Origin: an uncultured Clostridia bacterium
Lineage (GTDB): Bacteria > Bacillota > Clostridia > Christensenellales > UBA1242
Direction of reading: 5' to 3'
Length of the DNA: 37,035 nucleotides
Assembly: GCA_944383255.1 (NCBI GenBank)
Contig: CALWOY010000055.1
Span: 1-37,035, forward strand
The first letter of the stretch is position 1. Each line of letters begins with the position of its first letter. The position numbers and the translations under genes were made by a program. Under the pieces are notes generated by a model. The model was not told where the DNA came from, did not search any database, and saw nothing but the letters and a program-made list of their open reading frames with translations. Below, in pieces: positions 8,928-18,653 of the stretch.

Positions 8928-11018
8928 ATGAGCAATATAGCAAAAGTTTATGAAACCAAAATTGGCGGTAAAAAAGTTGTTGTAGAAACAGGAAAGTATT
9001 GTGAACAGTCAAATGGTTCATGTATTGTAAGGTGTGGTGAAACTGTTGTTATGGTCAATGTCACAATGGCAAAACAACCTCGTGATGGTATTGACTTCTT
9101 CCCACTTGGAGTTGATTTTGAAGAAAAAATGTACTCTGTTGGCAAAATTCCTGGTGGCTATAAAAGGAGAGAGGGTCGTCCAGCAGATAAAGCGATACTT
9201 GTATCAAGGCTTATCGATAGACCACTAAGACCATTGTTTCCAAAAGGATTTTATAATGATGTTTCTGTAGTAGCAACTGCACTTTCAGTTGACCCAGATG
9301 TTGCAATTGAACCACTTGCAATGCTTGGTTCATCAATAGCTTTAACAATTTCAGACATACCATTCCAAGGACCAACAGGCTCTGTACTTGTTTCTTGTGT
9401 AGATGGCAAGTTTATAGTTAATGGAACAGAAGAAGAGCGTGCAAAAAGCAATATGCACTTAACCGTTAGTGGAACACATGACGCTATACTAATGGTTGAA
9501 GCTGGAGCAAACGAGGTTCCTGAAGATGTGATGATTGATGCTATAATGTTTGCTCATGAGGAAATTAAAAAACAAGTTGAATTTCAACTTAAAATGAAAG
9601 AAGAGATTGGCAAACCAGTAAGTGAATATGTTTCATTTCTTCCACAAGAAGATCTTAAAAATGTGGTTAAAGAATATGCATACGACAAACTAGTTAAAGC
9701 ACTTGACACCTTTGATAGACACACAAGACAACAAAATCAAGATGAAGTTGATGCGGATGTTAAACAACATTTTGCAGAAATTTATCCAGATAGAGAACAA
9801 GAAATTGGTAGTGTATTGTATGCTCTTACAAAAGAAATAGTTAGAAAAAAAATAATTAATGATGGAATAAGACCAGACGGAAGAAAGTTTACAGAAATTC
9901 GTCCTATTTGGTGTGAAGTAGGTGTTTTACCAAGAGTACATGGCACTGGAGTATTTACTAGAGGGCAAACTCAAGTTTTAACTACTTGTACACTAGGACC
10001 AATATCCGAGGCACAAGAAATTGAAATACTGGATGAGGATGAAGAAGTTAAACGTTATATTCACCATTATAATATGCCACCTTATGCAACAGGGGAAGCG
10101 AAACCACTACGTTCACCGGGTAGAAGAGAAATAGGCCACGGAGCATTAGCAGAAAGGGCTTTAGTTCCTGTAATTCCTAGTGAAGAAGAATTCCCTTATG
10201 CAATAAGGCTTGTGAGTGAAGTATTGTCATCAAATGGTTCATCGTCTATGGCATCAACTTGTGGTTCAACTCTTGCCCTTATGGATGCTGGAGTTCCAAT
10301 CAGTGCTCCTGTTGCAGGTATTGCTATGGGCTTAATTAAAGATACAGAACAAAATAAAGTAGCCGTTCTTAGTGATATTCAAGGTCTTGAAGATTTCTTT
10401 GGTGATATGGACTTTAAAGTTACAGGCACAACCAAAGGAATAACTGCTATACAAATGGATATAAAAATTAAAGGAATTGACAAAAAAATTCTTACAACAG
10501 CATTGAACCAAGCACGAGAAGGAAGACTTTACATTATGGATAAAATGCTACAGGTAATCTCAAAACCTAGAAAAGAATTATCAAAATATGCACCCAAAAT
10601 TATTACTTTCAATATCAATCCAGACAAAATAAAAGATGTTATCGGTAGTGGTGGTAAAGTTATAAATAAAATTATTGCTGAAACAAATGTTAAAATAGAC
10701 ATTGATGATGATGGCAGAGTTTATATTTCAACACCAGATACAGATATGGCACAAAGAGCCAAAGAAATTATTTTAAATATAGTCGAAGATTTTGAAGTTG
10801 GTAAAATTTATTCTGGAAAGGTTATAAAGACAACAACATTTGGTGCTTTTGTTGAAGTTGCTCAAAATAAAGAAGGTATGATCCATATCAGTAAGTTGAG
10901 CGACAAAAAAGTAAAGAAAGTTGAAGATGTTGTAAATGTTGGGGATAGTGTACAAGTTGAAGTTATAAAAATTGATGACAAGGGTCGAGTAGATTTTAGA
11001 CTTGTCGCTAAAGAATAA
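8928..11018 (+). CDS. pnp: Polyribonucleotide nucleotidyltransferase (PNPase)
   Basis: DFFPL, SRLIDRPLRP, RREIGHGALAERAL, SNGSSSMAS, DFFGDMDFKV, KH (IGSGG) and S1 domains. Confidence 0.99.
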   Translation: MSNIAKVYETKIGGKKVVVETGKYCEQSNGSCIVRCGETVVMVNVTMAKQPRDGIDFFPLGVDFEEKMYSVGKIPGGYKRREGRPADKAILVSRLIDRPLRPLFPKGFYNDVSVVATALSVDPDVAIEPLAMLGSSIALTISDIPFQGPTGSVLVSCVDGKFIVNGTEEERAKSNMHLTVSGTHDAILMVEAGANEVPEDVMIDAIMFAHEEIKKQVEFQLKMKEEIGKPVSEYVSFLPQEDLKNVVKEYAYDKLVKALDTFDRHTRQQNQDEVDADVKQHFAEIYPDREQEIGSVLYALTKEIVRKKIINDGIRPDGRKFTEIRPIWCEVGVLPRVHGTGVFTRGQTQVLTTCTLGPISEAQEIEILDEDEEVKRYIHHYNMPPYATGEAKPLRSPGRREIGHGALAERALVPVIPSEEEFPYAIRLVSEVLSSNGSSSMASTCGSTLALMDAGVPISAPVAGIAMGLIKDTEQNKVAVLSDIQGLEDFFGDMDFKVTGTTKGITAIQMDIKIKGIDKKILTTALNQAREGRLYIMDKMLQVISKPRKELSKYAPKIITFNINPDKIKDVIGSGGKVINKIIAETNVKIDIDDDGRVYISTPDTDMAQRAKEIILNIVEDFEVGKIYSGKVIKTTTFGAFVEVAQNKEGMIHISKLSDKKVKKVEDVVNVGDSVQVEVIKIDDKGRVDFRLVAKE

Positions 11019-11020
11019 TA

Positions 11021-11051
11021 AAAAGAACTGCACAATTTGTGTGGTTTTTTT
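11021..11051 (+). terminator. Intrinsic terminator of pnp
   Basis: AACTGCAC / GTGTGGTT stem with G-U pairs, followed by a T-tract. Confidence 0.7.
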
Positions 11052-11079
11052 AATATGCTTAAAATGTTATGCATAGAAT
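11051..11079 (+). promoter_or_regulatory. sigma-E-like promoter of the ylxY/swsB-like gene
   Basis: TAATATG (11051-11057), 14 bp spacer, CATAGAAT (11072-11079), matching the sigma-E pattern ATA-N-CATAcanT. Confidence 0.55.
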
Positions 11080-11084
11080 ATGAT

Positions 11085-11798
11085 ATGAAAAAAATATCTG
11101 AAAAATTTTTCCGTAAGTATATAGTAAATATTTCATTATGTTTAATGCTTGTTATAGTCGCTTCACTTACAATTCTTGGAACAACCACTCAGGTTTTTGG
11201 CAGTAATGGTTATTCTGTATACTATCGTGGAAATGAAAAAAATAACAATGTTTCACTAATGTTTAATGTATATATGGGAGAAGAAGTAATTCCAGACATT
11301 TTAGATGTTTTGTCTTCCAATTCTGTAAAAGTAACATTTTTTGTGGGAGGGAGTTGGGCAATAAAACATACAGAACTTCTTCAAGAAATTTTAAATCAAG
11401 GGCACGAAATAGGAAATCATGGATATTGGCATAAAGACCATAAAACACTTAGTGTGGAAAAAAATATGAGTGAAATTGGTCTTACACACGAAGTTATTAA
11501 GCAAACATTAAATTATGAAATGACATTATTTGCACCTCCTAGTGGCTCATATGGTCAAAATACTTTAAAGGTGGCACAAGATATGGGGTATAAAACAATT
11601 ATGTGGAGCAAAGATACTATTGATTGGCGTGACCATGATGCTACACTTATAACTACTCGTGCAACTAAAAATCCACAAAATGGTGACTTGATTCTTATGC
11701 ATCCAACGGCTTCTACACTTGAAGCTCTCCCCGAAATTATTACTTTTTATACACAAAGCGGATATAAATTGACAACTGTTTCTGAAAATATTTTGTAA
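11085..11798 (+). CDS. Polysaccharide deacetylase (NodB/CE4) family sporulation protein, YlxY/SwsB-like
   Basis: N-terminal TM, YYRGN, SLMFNV (in place of TFDD), HEIGNHGYWH, LFAPPSG, DTIDW, ILMHP. Directly after pnp as in Bacillus. Start moved from TTG 11037, which lies inside the terminator, to ATG 11085. Confidence 0.85.
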   Translation: MKKISEKFFRKYIVNISLCLMLVIVASLTILGTTTQVFGSNGYSVYYRGNEKNNNVSLMFNVYMGEEVIPDILDVLSSNSVKVTFFVGGSWAIKHTELLQEILNQGHEIGNHGYWHKDHKTLSVEKNMSEIGLTHEVIKQTLNYEMTLFAPPSGSYGQNTLKVAQDMGYKTIMWSKDTIDWRDHDATLITTRATKNPQNGDLILMHPTASTLEALPEIITFYTQSGYKLTTVSENIL

Positions 11799-11805
11799 TT
11801 TAAAC

Positions 11806-11835
11806 TTGCACACTACTACTAGTTGGTGGTATACT
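11806..11835 (+). promoter_or_regulatory. sigma-A promoter of the ftsK-rimO-pgsA-cinA operon
   Basis: TTGCAC (11806-11811), 18 bp spacer, extended -10 TGgTATACT (11827-11835). Confidence 0.6.
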
Positions 11836-11854
11836 CTTTCTTGGAGTTTAAAGA

Positions 11855-14530
11855 GTGACTGTCTATAACTTATCTAAACAACCAAGAAAGGAAAAATCAG
11901 TAAAAGATAGAAATAAAATAATCGGCATTGTTTTACTGGTTGTTTCTTCTATTGCATTTGTTTCTTTATTAACGAGTTTTATACAATTTTTAAAATCTTT
12001 TTTGTTAGGGGTGTTTGGTCTTTTTTCGTATCCTCTTTTTATAACTGTGTTTGTCATTGGCTTAGCACTTGTAAATAATAAAAAATATGTAATGACACCG
12101 AAGTATATTGTTTATCTTTTGTGTACATTGTTTTCGTTATTGTGCATTTTGCATATGCTTTTTATTGATAAATCTGGTACTTTTTTTGAATATCTAGGTC
12201 GTTGCTATACACAAAAAATGTCAGTAGGTGGCATTTTGTGTGGAATTTTAACAGCACCTTTTATCTTTTTATTAAGCGATGCTGGGGCTTATATTATATT
12301 TAGTTTAGCACTGATTATTTTTGGTGCATTACTTGCAGATTATATATTTTACTTAAATAAATCACAAACGCTTAAAAAACCAGTTCAAATTTCACAAATA
12401 CCAACAATTGATAATTTAGCAAAATCTAAAGATAAAAAGGAGATAAAAGTTCCTGCTCCTAATATTGTACTAGATGCTAAACTTGAAAATGAACCGCTTG
12501 ATGATGCTTCTAAGCGTAAAGTTGGTACAATTTCTACAAATATTGAACCAGTGACACAAGATAATACCGAGCCAGTTTTAAGTGACAAAGAAGCACTAAA
12601 GAAATTTTTATTTAATAAGGATGACTCTGTAAAAGTCGACATGGCAAAATATAAAAATGGTCGACTTAATGTTTCTCCAACTAAAATTCAAGATAATATC
12701 AATATTCTAAAGAAACAGGACACAACTACAACAAATGCACCTTCAAAAATCGTGCATGATTTTTCTGTTTCTTTAAATGAGCCAAGTATGCAAAAGGAAG
12801 AGGAAAAACCATATATCGCACCACCTATATCTAATGTAGAATCAAATTCTTCAAAACACAAAGAAATACAAAGTACCGAAGATTTTGCTGAAAATGTTTT
12901 AGCATCACTTATAGGGGATAGCAAAATAGATACAGATGTAAAACCACTAAAACCTGAAAATAATCGTAGAGGGCTTAGAAATTTAAATATTGATAATGAG
13001 TTCCAAAAACCAAAAATGGAGCAGCAAAAACTTGACACAGAGCCACTTAAACCTAAAAAATCTCCTCGTTATGTTCATCCATCACTTGACCTTTTGACCA
13101 CAAGGTCAATGGATTTAAGCGAACTTAATGAGGATGTAATGCTTAAAAGGCAACAACTTGAGAATGCGCTTGATACTTTTGGCATACCTGCAAAAGTTAT
13201 TGAAGTTGTTGTTGGCCCTGCGGTAACTAGATACGAACTTGAAATGCCTGCAGGTATTTCTGTTAAGAAAATTTTGGCACACTCCGATGATATAGCATTG
13301 AATCTTGCGGCTAATGGTGATATACGTATAGAAGCACCTATACCTGGCAAAAGTGCTGTCGGTATAGAAGTACCTAATGAAAAGATTGCAACTGTCGGAC
13401 TTAGAGATATAATGGCATCACAAGAATTTCAAAATGCTAAAGCACCACTCACATTTGTTTTAGGTAAGGATATTGCAGGAACTGTTAGACTATGTAATTT
13501 GGCTAAAATGCCTCATTTGTTAGTTGCAGGTTCAACTGGTAGTGGTAAATCAGTTTGTCTTAACGCAATTATATTAAGTTTAATTTATAAAACAAGTCCT
13601 GATGATGTTAGACTTATTTTAATTGACCCAAAACAAGTTGAATTTTCAATATATAATGGTTTGCCACATCTTTTGATACCAAATGTTATAACTGACCCTG
13701 ATAAAGCGTTAAATGCTCTTTCTTGGGCAGTTAGTGAAATGGAAAGAAGATATTCTTTATTTAAAGAAACTAGAACAAAAGATATAACCGAATACAATTC
13801 TTCAAGTGCTGTTATGGAAGGCACAAGTGAAAAAATACCATATATTGTTGTTATCGTAGATGAACTTGCCGACCTTTTAATGAGTGCTAAAAAAGATGTT
13901 GAAGAGAAATTAACACGTCTTGCTGCGAAATCAAGAGCGGCAGGTATACACCTTATTCTTGCGACACAAAGACCATCTGTAGACGTAATTACTGGTACAA
14001 TGAAAAATAATTTCCCATCAAGAATTTCATTTAAACTTATGAGTTTTGCTGACAGCCGTACCATACTTGACCAAGGTGGTGCAGAAAAACTTCTTGGTAG
14101 GGGTGATATGCTCTACAAACCAAATGATGCACCTGAACCAAGACGTATTCAAGGGTGTTTTGTTACTTCTTCAGAAGTTGCTAATATCGTTGACTTTGTT
14201 AAGGAAAACAATAAAGATTATGATTACGATGACAAAGTTGAAACACAAATTACAAACCCTCCACAAGATATTATGGCAAGTGCGAATGGGGATAATGTTT
14301 CAGATGGTTTTGACCCTCTTATGCCACAAGCACTTAAATGTGTTATAGAAAATGGTCAAGCGTCAATTTCAATGCTTCAAAGAAGACTTGTAATTGGATA
14401 TCCTCGTGCGGCAAGAATTATAGATCAAATGCAAGATCACAATTTTATTTCTGCTCAAGATGGCAGTAAACCAAGAACAGTTTTAATAACTATGGAACAA
14501 TATCAAGAACTTTTTGGAGATGAGGAATGA
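11855..14530 (+). CDS. ftsK: DNA translocase FtsK/SpoIIIE
   Basis: N-terminal TM segments, low-complexity linker, GPAVTRYE, PHLLVAGSTGSGKS (Walker A), IVDELADL, ATQRPS, gamma domain SMLQRRLVIGYPRAARIID. Confidence 0.96.
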   Translation: MTVYNLSKQPRKEKSVKDRNKIIGIVLLVVSSIAFVSLLTSFIQFLKSFLLGVFGLFSYPLFITVFVIGLALVNNKKYVMTPKYIVYLLCTLFSLLCILHMLFIDKSGTFFEYLGRCYTQKMSVGGILCGILTAPFIFLLSDAGAYIIFSLALIIFGALLADYIFYLNKSQTLKKPVQISQIPTIDNLAKSKDKKEIKVPAPNIVLDAKLENEPLDDASKRKVGTISTNIEPVTQDNTEPVLSDKEALKKFLFNKDDSVKVDMAKYKNGRLNVSPTKIQDNINILKKQDTTTTNAPSKIVHDFSVSLNEPSMQKEEEKPYIAPPISNVESNSSKHKEIQSTEDFAENVLASLIGDSKIDTDVKPLKPENNRRGLRNLNIDNEFQKPKMEQQKLDTEPLKPKKSPRYVHPSLDLLTTRSMDLSELNEDVMLKRQQLENALDTFGIPAKVIEVVVGPAVTRYELEMPAGISVKKILAHSDDIALNLAANGDIRIEAPIPGKSAVGIEVPNEKIATVGLRDIMASQEFQNAKAPLTFVLGKDIAGTVRLCNLAKMPHLLVAGSTGSGKSVCLNAIILSLIYKTSPDDVRLILIDPKQVEFSIYNGLPHLLIPNVITDPDKALNALSWAVSEMERRYSLFKETRTKDITEYNSSSAVMEGTSEKIPYIVVIVDELADLLMSAKKDVEEKLTRLAAKSRAAGIHLILATQRPSVDVITGTMKNNFPSRISFKLMSFADSRTILDQGGAEKLLGRGDMLYKPNDAPEPRRIQGCFVTSSEVANIVDFVKENNKDYDYDDKVETQITNPPQDIMASANGDNVSDGFDPLMPQALKCVIENGQASISMLQRRLVIGYPRAARIIDQMQDHNFISAQDGSKPRTVLITMEQYQELFGDEE

Positions 14531-15840
14531 CAATAGATGAACTAAAGACAAAAAAGATTTCGGCTATAAGTCTTGGCTGTGATAAAAATCGCGTAGACCT
14601 TGAACATATGCTAGGTACATTGTCTGATTTTGGTTTTCAGATAGTGGCCGATATTTATAGTGCCGAAATAATAATCGTCAACACCTGTGCGTTTATATCA
14701 AGTTCAGTTGAAGAAGCAATACAAAATATTTTACTTGCAACTAAATTAAAAAAAGATAAATGTGAAAAAGTTATTGTAACTGGTTGTTTAAATGAAAGAT
14801 ATTTAGACGATGTAAAAAAAGAATTTCCCGAAGTTGATGCTTTTGTAAGAGTAAAAGATAACGACCAAATTTTAAAAGTATTGTTTGACCTGTATTCTAT
14901 CCCACATAAAGAAAGATTTAAAAACCAGGGAAGGACGCTTACAACTCCATTTAATTATGCCTATCTTAAAATCGCAGATGGCTGTAATAATGGTTGCGCT
15001 TATTGCATAATTCCAAGAATAAGAGGTAGGTATAAGTCTATTCCTATTGATGACCTCGTAAAAGAAGCAAAAATGTTGGCATCAAAAGGTGTCAAAGAAT
15101 TGATTATAGTTGCACAAGATGTTTCAAGATATGGTGAAGATTTGTATGGGCAAGTGATGCTTATTCCGCTTCTTGAAAAACTAAGCAAAATTCGTGAAAT
15201 TAAGTGGATAAGATTACATTATTTATATCCAGAAATGATTACTGATGAATTACTTGATTTTCTTTATGAAAATGATAAAATATGTAAGTATCTAGATATT
15301 CCACTTCAACATATAGATGACGATATTTTGCGGGAAATGAATAGGCGAACGGGGGAAGCTCAAACTAGAGAACTTATACAGAAAATAAAGGAAAAATATC
15401 CTAAATTTGCACTTAGAACTACATATATAATCGGCTTTCCTGGTGAAACTAAAAAGCAATTTGAAAAACTTGAAGATTTTATCCAGAAATTCCCAATGCC
15501 TAATGTTGGTTTCTTCCCATATTATAGAGAAGACAAAACCAAGGCATACTACATGAAGCAAGTACCAAATTTTAAGAAAAAAATAAGACTCAAAAAGATT
15601 TATACTATTCAAAAAAATGTCAGTGATAATTTAAACAAAAATCGAATTGGTGAAGTAGTAGAGGCAGTTGTAGATTATTATGATGAAAATAACAAATGCT
15701 TCATACTACGTGATGAATATTCATCGCCACAAGTTGATTTTATAATTGAAGTGTATCGTGATGATTTGGAACTTGGAAAATTTTATAATATAAAATTAAC
15801 AGATTATAATCAAGATAAATTTAAAGGAGAAATTGTATGA
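14527..15840 (+). CDS. rimO: Ribosomal protein S12 methylthiotransferase RimO
   Basis: SLGCDKNRVD, VNTCAFI, VTGC, AYLKIADGCNNGCAYC, YLDIPLQH, TRAM-like end with SPQVD; ftsK-rimO-pgsA synteny. Confidence 0.92.
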   Translation: MTIDELKTKKISAISLGCDKNRVDLEHMLGTLSDFGFQIVADIYSAEIIIVNTCAFISSSVEEAIQNILLATKLKKDKCEKVIVTGCLNERYLDDVKKEFPEVDAFVRVKDNDQILKVLFDLYSIPHKERFKNQGRTLTTPFNYAYLKIADGCNNGCAYCIIPRIRGRYKSIPIDDLVKEAKMLASKGVKELIIVAQDVSRYGEDLYGQVMLIPLLEKLSKIREIKWIRLHYLYPEMITDELLDFLYENDKICKYLDIPLQHIDDDILREMNRRTGEAQTRELIQKIKEKYPKFALRTTYIIGFPGETKKQFEKLEDFIQKFPMPNVGFFPYYREDKTKAYYMKQVPNFKKKIRLKKIYTIQKNVSDNLNKNRIGEVVEAVVDYYDENNKCFILRDEYSSPQVDFIIEVYRDDLELGKFYNIKLTDYNQDKFKGEIV

Positions 15841-16415
15841 ATTTACCAAATAAATTAAGTATTCTTAGGATATGTTTTATTCCATTTGTAATGTTCTTTT
15901 ATCTACAGCCATTTTGGACATGGGGAAAAATCGTCGCTGTAGTACTTTTTGTTTTAGCAGTGCTTACTGACACACTTGATGGCTATATTGCTAGAAAATA
16001 TAATATGGTTACAGACCTTGGGAAACTGTTAGATACCAATGCGGATAAGATTTTAGTTTTATCGGCACTTTTAATGGTAATATGCGATAATACCATTATG
16101 GCACCATACGGTGTTATTGTAGCGACAATAATTATAGGTAGAGATATGATTATAAGTGCATTTAGACAAATCGCTGCTTCAAAAAATTTTGTTATGGCTG
16201 CCGATAAACTTGGCAAAATTAAAGCCATTTTCACTGATATTGCGATGATAATGTTTATGCTTTTAAGTTATTTTAATCTCATTACAATAAATGAAACATT
16301 TGTTTATGTTTATACAATATGTTCATATGTTATTTTAGGAATTGCTGTAGTCCTTACAATTTGGTCGATGCTAAATTACATTATTAAAAACAGAAAGGTA
16401 TTATCCAAGGAATAA
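15837..16415 (+). CDS. pgsA: CDP-diacylglycerol--glycerol-3-phosphate 3-phosphatidyltransferase
   Basis: MNLPNKLSILR and the CDP-alcohol phosphotransferase motif TDTLDGYIARKYNMVTDLGKLLDTNADK. Confidence 0.96.
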   Translation: MNLPNKLSILRICFIPFVMFFYLQPFWTWGKIVAVVLFVLAVLTDTLDGYIARKYNMVTDLGKLLDTNADKILVLSALLMVICDNTIMAPYGVIVATIIIGRDMIISAFRQIAASKNFVMAADKLGKIKAIFTDIAMIMFMLLSYFNLITINETFVYVYTICSYVILGIAVVLTIWSMLNYIIKNRKVLSKE

Positions 16416-16418
16416 ACT

Positions 16419-17642
16419 ATGGTTTATATTTATACTATTTCAGATAAAGCATTGATGGGTAAACAAGTAAACATTTTGCCGTCCTATTTAAGTGAATGTT
16501 TATTTAAAAATAATTTAAGAATAGAACAACAAACTATAATTTCAACTAGTTCAGATTTTGAAAGACAATTAAACATATCACTAAAAGGTAATAATATTTA
16601 CATTTTTTTAGTTGATAAAGCATATGAAAATCTTAATGCTTATATTGCAAAACTTACTAATTGCAATATCCTAGACAACCCATATTTAAAAAACGCATTA
16701 TTTGATTATTATAAAAAGCATAACCTTGTTCCAACAAAAGATGAGGAAAATGAATGGAAAATTCCATCACTCGCTCGTGCCATTGTAAATCCTAATGGAA
16801 CTGTACAAGGATATATTGTATCGCATAAAGGTGATATGTTTTGTGTGCTTCCAAATAATTATAATGATGCACGCACAATGTTTGATGATGTCGTCTTGGA
16901 ATTCATATTGAATAATCAAAAAAAGAAATATAAAAGTTATACTTTTAAAACTTTTGGACTTTCAGAAAGCGGAATAACTCAAATAATCTCTGATGAAATA
17001 AAAAATAAATACAAAATTTCTATAAATCTTTTTTCAAAACCTTTTGAAGTGGATATAGTATTAAAATCTAATGCCGACAATGAGCATTTAGAAGAACTTG
17101 CAAAAAATGTGCTATTGAAGTTAGATAGATTTATATATGCCGTTGAAGATGTACCTATTGAAAAAGTACTTTATGAACTGCTAAAACTGAATGATATTAA
17201 AATTGGTTTTGTAGAAGATGTGACATGTGGTGAACTTATGTCTAGATTAAACAGACAAGCACCCGATGCCAAATCATATATCGCTCCAAGTTTAGTATTG
17301 ACAAATAGCGAATATAAAAAAGCTAAACTTTTAAAAAATGACGATTTAAACTTTGATACTGATATTGATGCAAATGTTGTATATAATATGGCAGCAACAT
17401 ATCTTAAACAGAATCAAGCAGATTTGGTTATTGCTACAGTTGGAACAACAACGTTATCAAATAATCAATTGGCAGGCTTATGTTTTATTGCGGTTGGTGA
17501 CAGAAACGAAGTACATGTATATAAAAATATATTTAAAGGTTCTCATGAGGAAATTGTAGATTGTATTTGTACCGCAAGTTTCTTCTATTTAATTAAAAAA
17601 TTGAAAAAAAATGATTTTCATTTTGAACAAATTACTGTATAA
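16419..17642 (+). CDS. cinA: CinA-like protein (MoCF-like, KH-like and PncC-like domains), catalytic motifs degenerate
   Basis: pgsA-X-recA position, 407 aa, NPNGTVQG (cf. N..GTAPG), LP, KTFGLSES, VEDVTCG (cf. AESCTGG), YNMA. Confidence 0.78.
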   Translation: MVYIYTISDKALMGKQVNILPSYLSECLFKNNLRIEQQTIISTSSDFERQLNISLKGNNIYIFLVDKAYENLNAYIAKLTNCNILDNPYLKNALFDYYKKHNLVPTKDEENEWKIPSLARAIVNPNGTVQGYIVSHKGDMFCVLPNNYNDARTMFDDVVLEFILNNQKKKYKSYTFKTFGLSESGITQIISDEIKNKYKISINLFSKPFEVDIVLKSNADNEHLEELAKNVLLKLDRFIYAVEDVPIEKVLYELLKLNDIKIGFVEDVTCGELMSRLNRQAPDAKSYIAPSLVLTNSEYKKAKLLKNDDLNFDTDIDANVVYNMAATYLKQNQADLVIATVGTTTLSNNQLAGLCFIAVGDRNEVHVYKNIFKGSHEEIVDCICTASFFYLIKKLKKNDFHFEQITV

Positions 17643-17643
17643 T
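17615..17643 (+). promoter_or_regulatory. Probable recA promoter inside the cinA 3' end
   Basis: TTTTCA (17615-17620), 17 bp spacer, TATAAT (17638-17643); GGAGG SD before ATG 17667. Confidence 0.55.
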
Positions 17644-17666
17644 GGTTGTAGAATTTTGGAGGAAAA

Positions 17667-18653
17667 ATGGACGAGAATAAAAAGAAAGCACTTGATCAAG
17701 CAATACTTGCTATAGAAAAACAATTTGGTAAAGGTGCAATAATGCGTCTTGGTGACGCACCTGTACAAAAAATAGATGTTATTCCAACAGGATGTTTGCC
17801 ACTTGATATTGCACTTGGTACTGGTGGTGTACCAAGAGGTAGAATAGTTGAAATCTATGGACCAGAATCATCTGGTAAAACAACTATTGCATTGCATATA
17901 ATAGCAGAAGCGCAAAAGGCAGGCGGAACAGCCGCTTTTATAGATGCAGAACATGCTTTGGACCCAATTTATGCTGAGCAACTTGGGGTTAATGTCGGTG
18001 ACTTATATGTTTCTCAACCAGATAATGGTGAACAGGCACTTGATATTTGTGATACATTAGTAAGAACTGCAAGTGTTGATGTTGTTGTTGTTGACTCTGT
18101 TGCTGCACTCACTCCTAAAGCAGAAATTGATGGTGATATGGGAGAAAATCATGTTGGTTTGCAAGCAAGACTTATGAGTCAAGCACTTAGAAAATTGGCT
18201 GGTATTGCAAATAAGAGTAAAACATGTATTATCTTCATCAATCAATTGCGTGAAAAAATAGGTGTTATGTTCGGCAATCCAGAAACCACAGCAGGTGGAA
18301 AAGCACTTAAGTTCTATGCTAGTGTAAGAATGGATGTAAGAAGAGTTGACACAATAAAAAATGGAGATGAGTTTGTTGGTAATAGAACAAAGATAAAAAT
18401 TGTTAAAAATAAACTTGCTCCTCCATTTAAAACCGTTGAATTCGATATTATATATGGCAAGGGTATATCAAAAACAGGATGTATTTTGGATATGGCGGTT
18501 GAGCAGGGCATATGTCAAAAAACAGGCTCATGGTTCTCATATAACGATGAAAAAATTGGTCAAGGTAAGGAAAATGCTAAAAAATACCTTGAAGATAATC
18601 CAAATGTACTAACTGAAATAGAAAATCAAATTAAAGAAAAATTAGGGTACTAA
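17667..18653 (+). CDS. recA: Recombinase RecA
   Basis: [55 protein letters not shown]. Confidence 0.99.
   Translation: MDENKKKALDQAILAIEKQFGKGAIMRLGDAPVQKIDVIPTGCLPLDIALGTGGVPRGRIVEIYGPESSGKTTIALHIIAEAQKAGGTAAFIDAEHALDPIYAEQLGVNVGDLYVSQPDNGEQALDICDTLVRTASVDVVVVDSVAALTPKAEIDGDMGENHVGLQARLMSQALRKLAGIANKSKTCIIFINQLREKIGVMFGNPETTAGGKALKFYASVRMDVRRVDTIKNGDEFVGNRTKIKIVKNKLAPPFKTVEFDIIYGKGISKTGCILDMAVEQGICQKTGSWFSYNDEKIGQGKENAKKYLEDNPNVLTEIENQIKEKLGY

Noticed and set aside
11810-11828. ACACTACTACTAGTTGGTG imperfect dyad in the ftsK promoter spacer as an NrdR box
   Set aside because: The central ATAT core does not match, it is a single copy, and no ribonucleotide reductase gene follows.
17667-18653. 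Intein or intron in recA
   Set aside because: 328 aa with contiguous motifs and no insertion.
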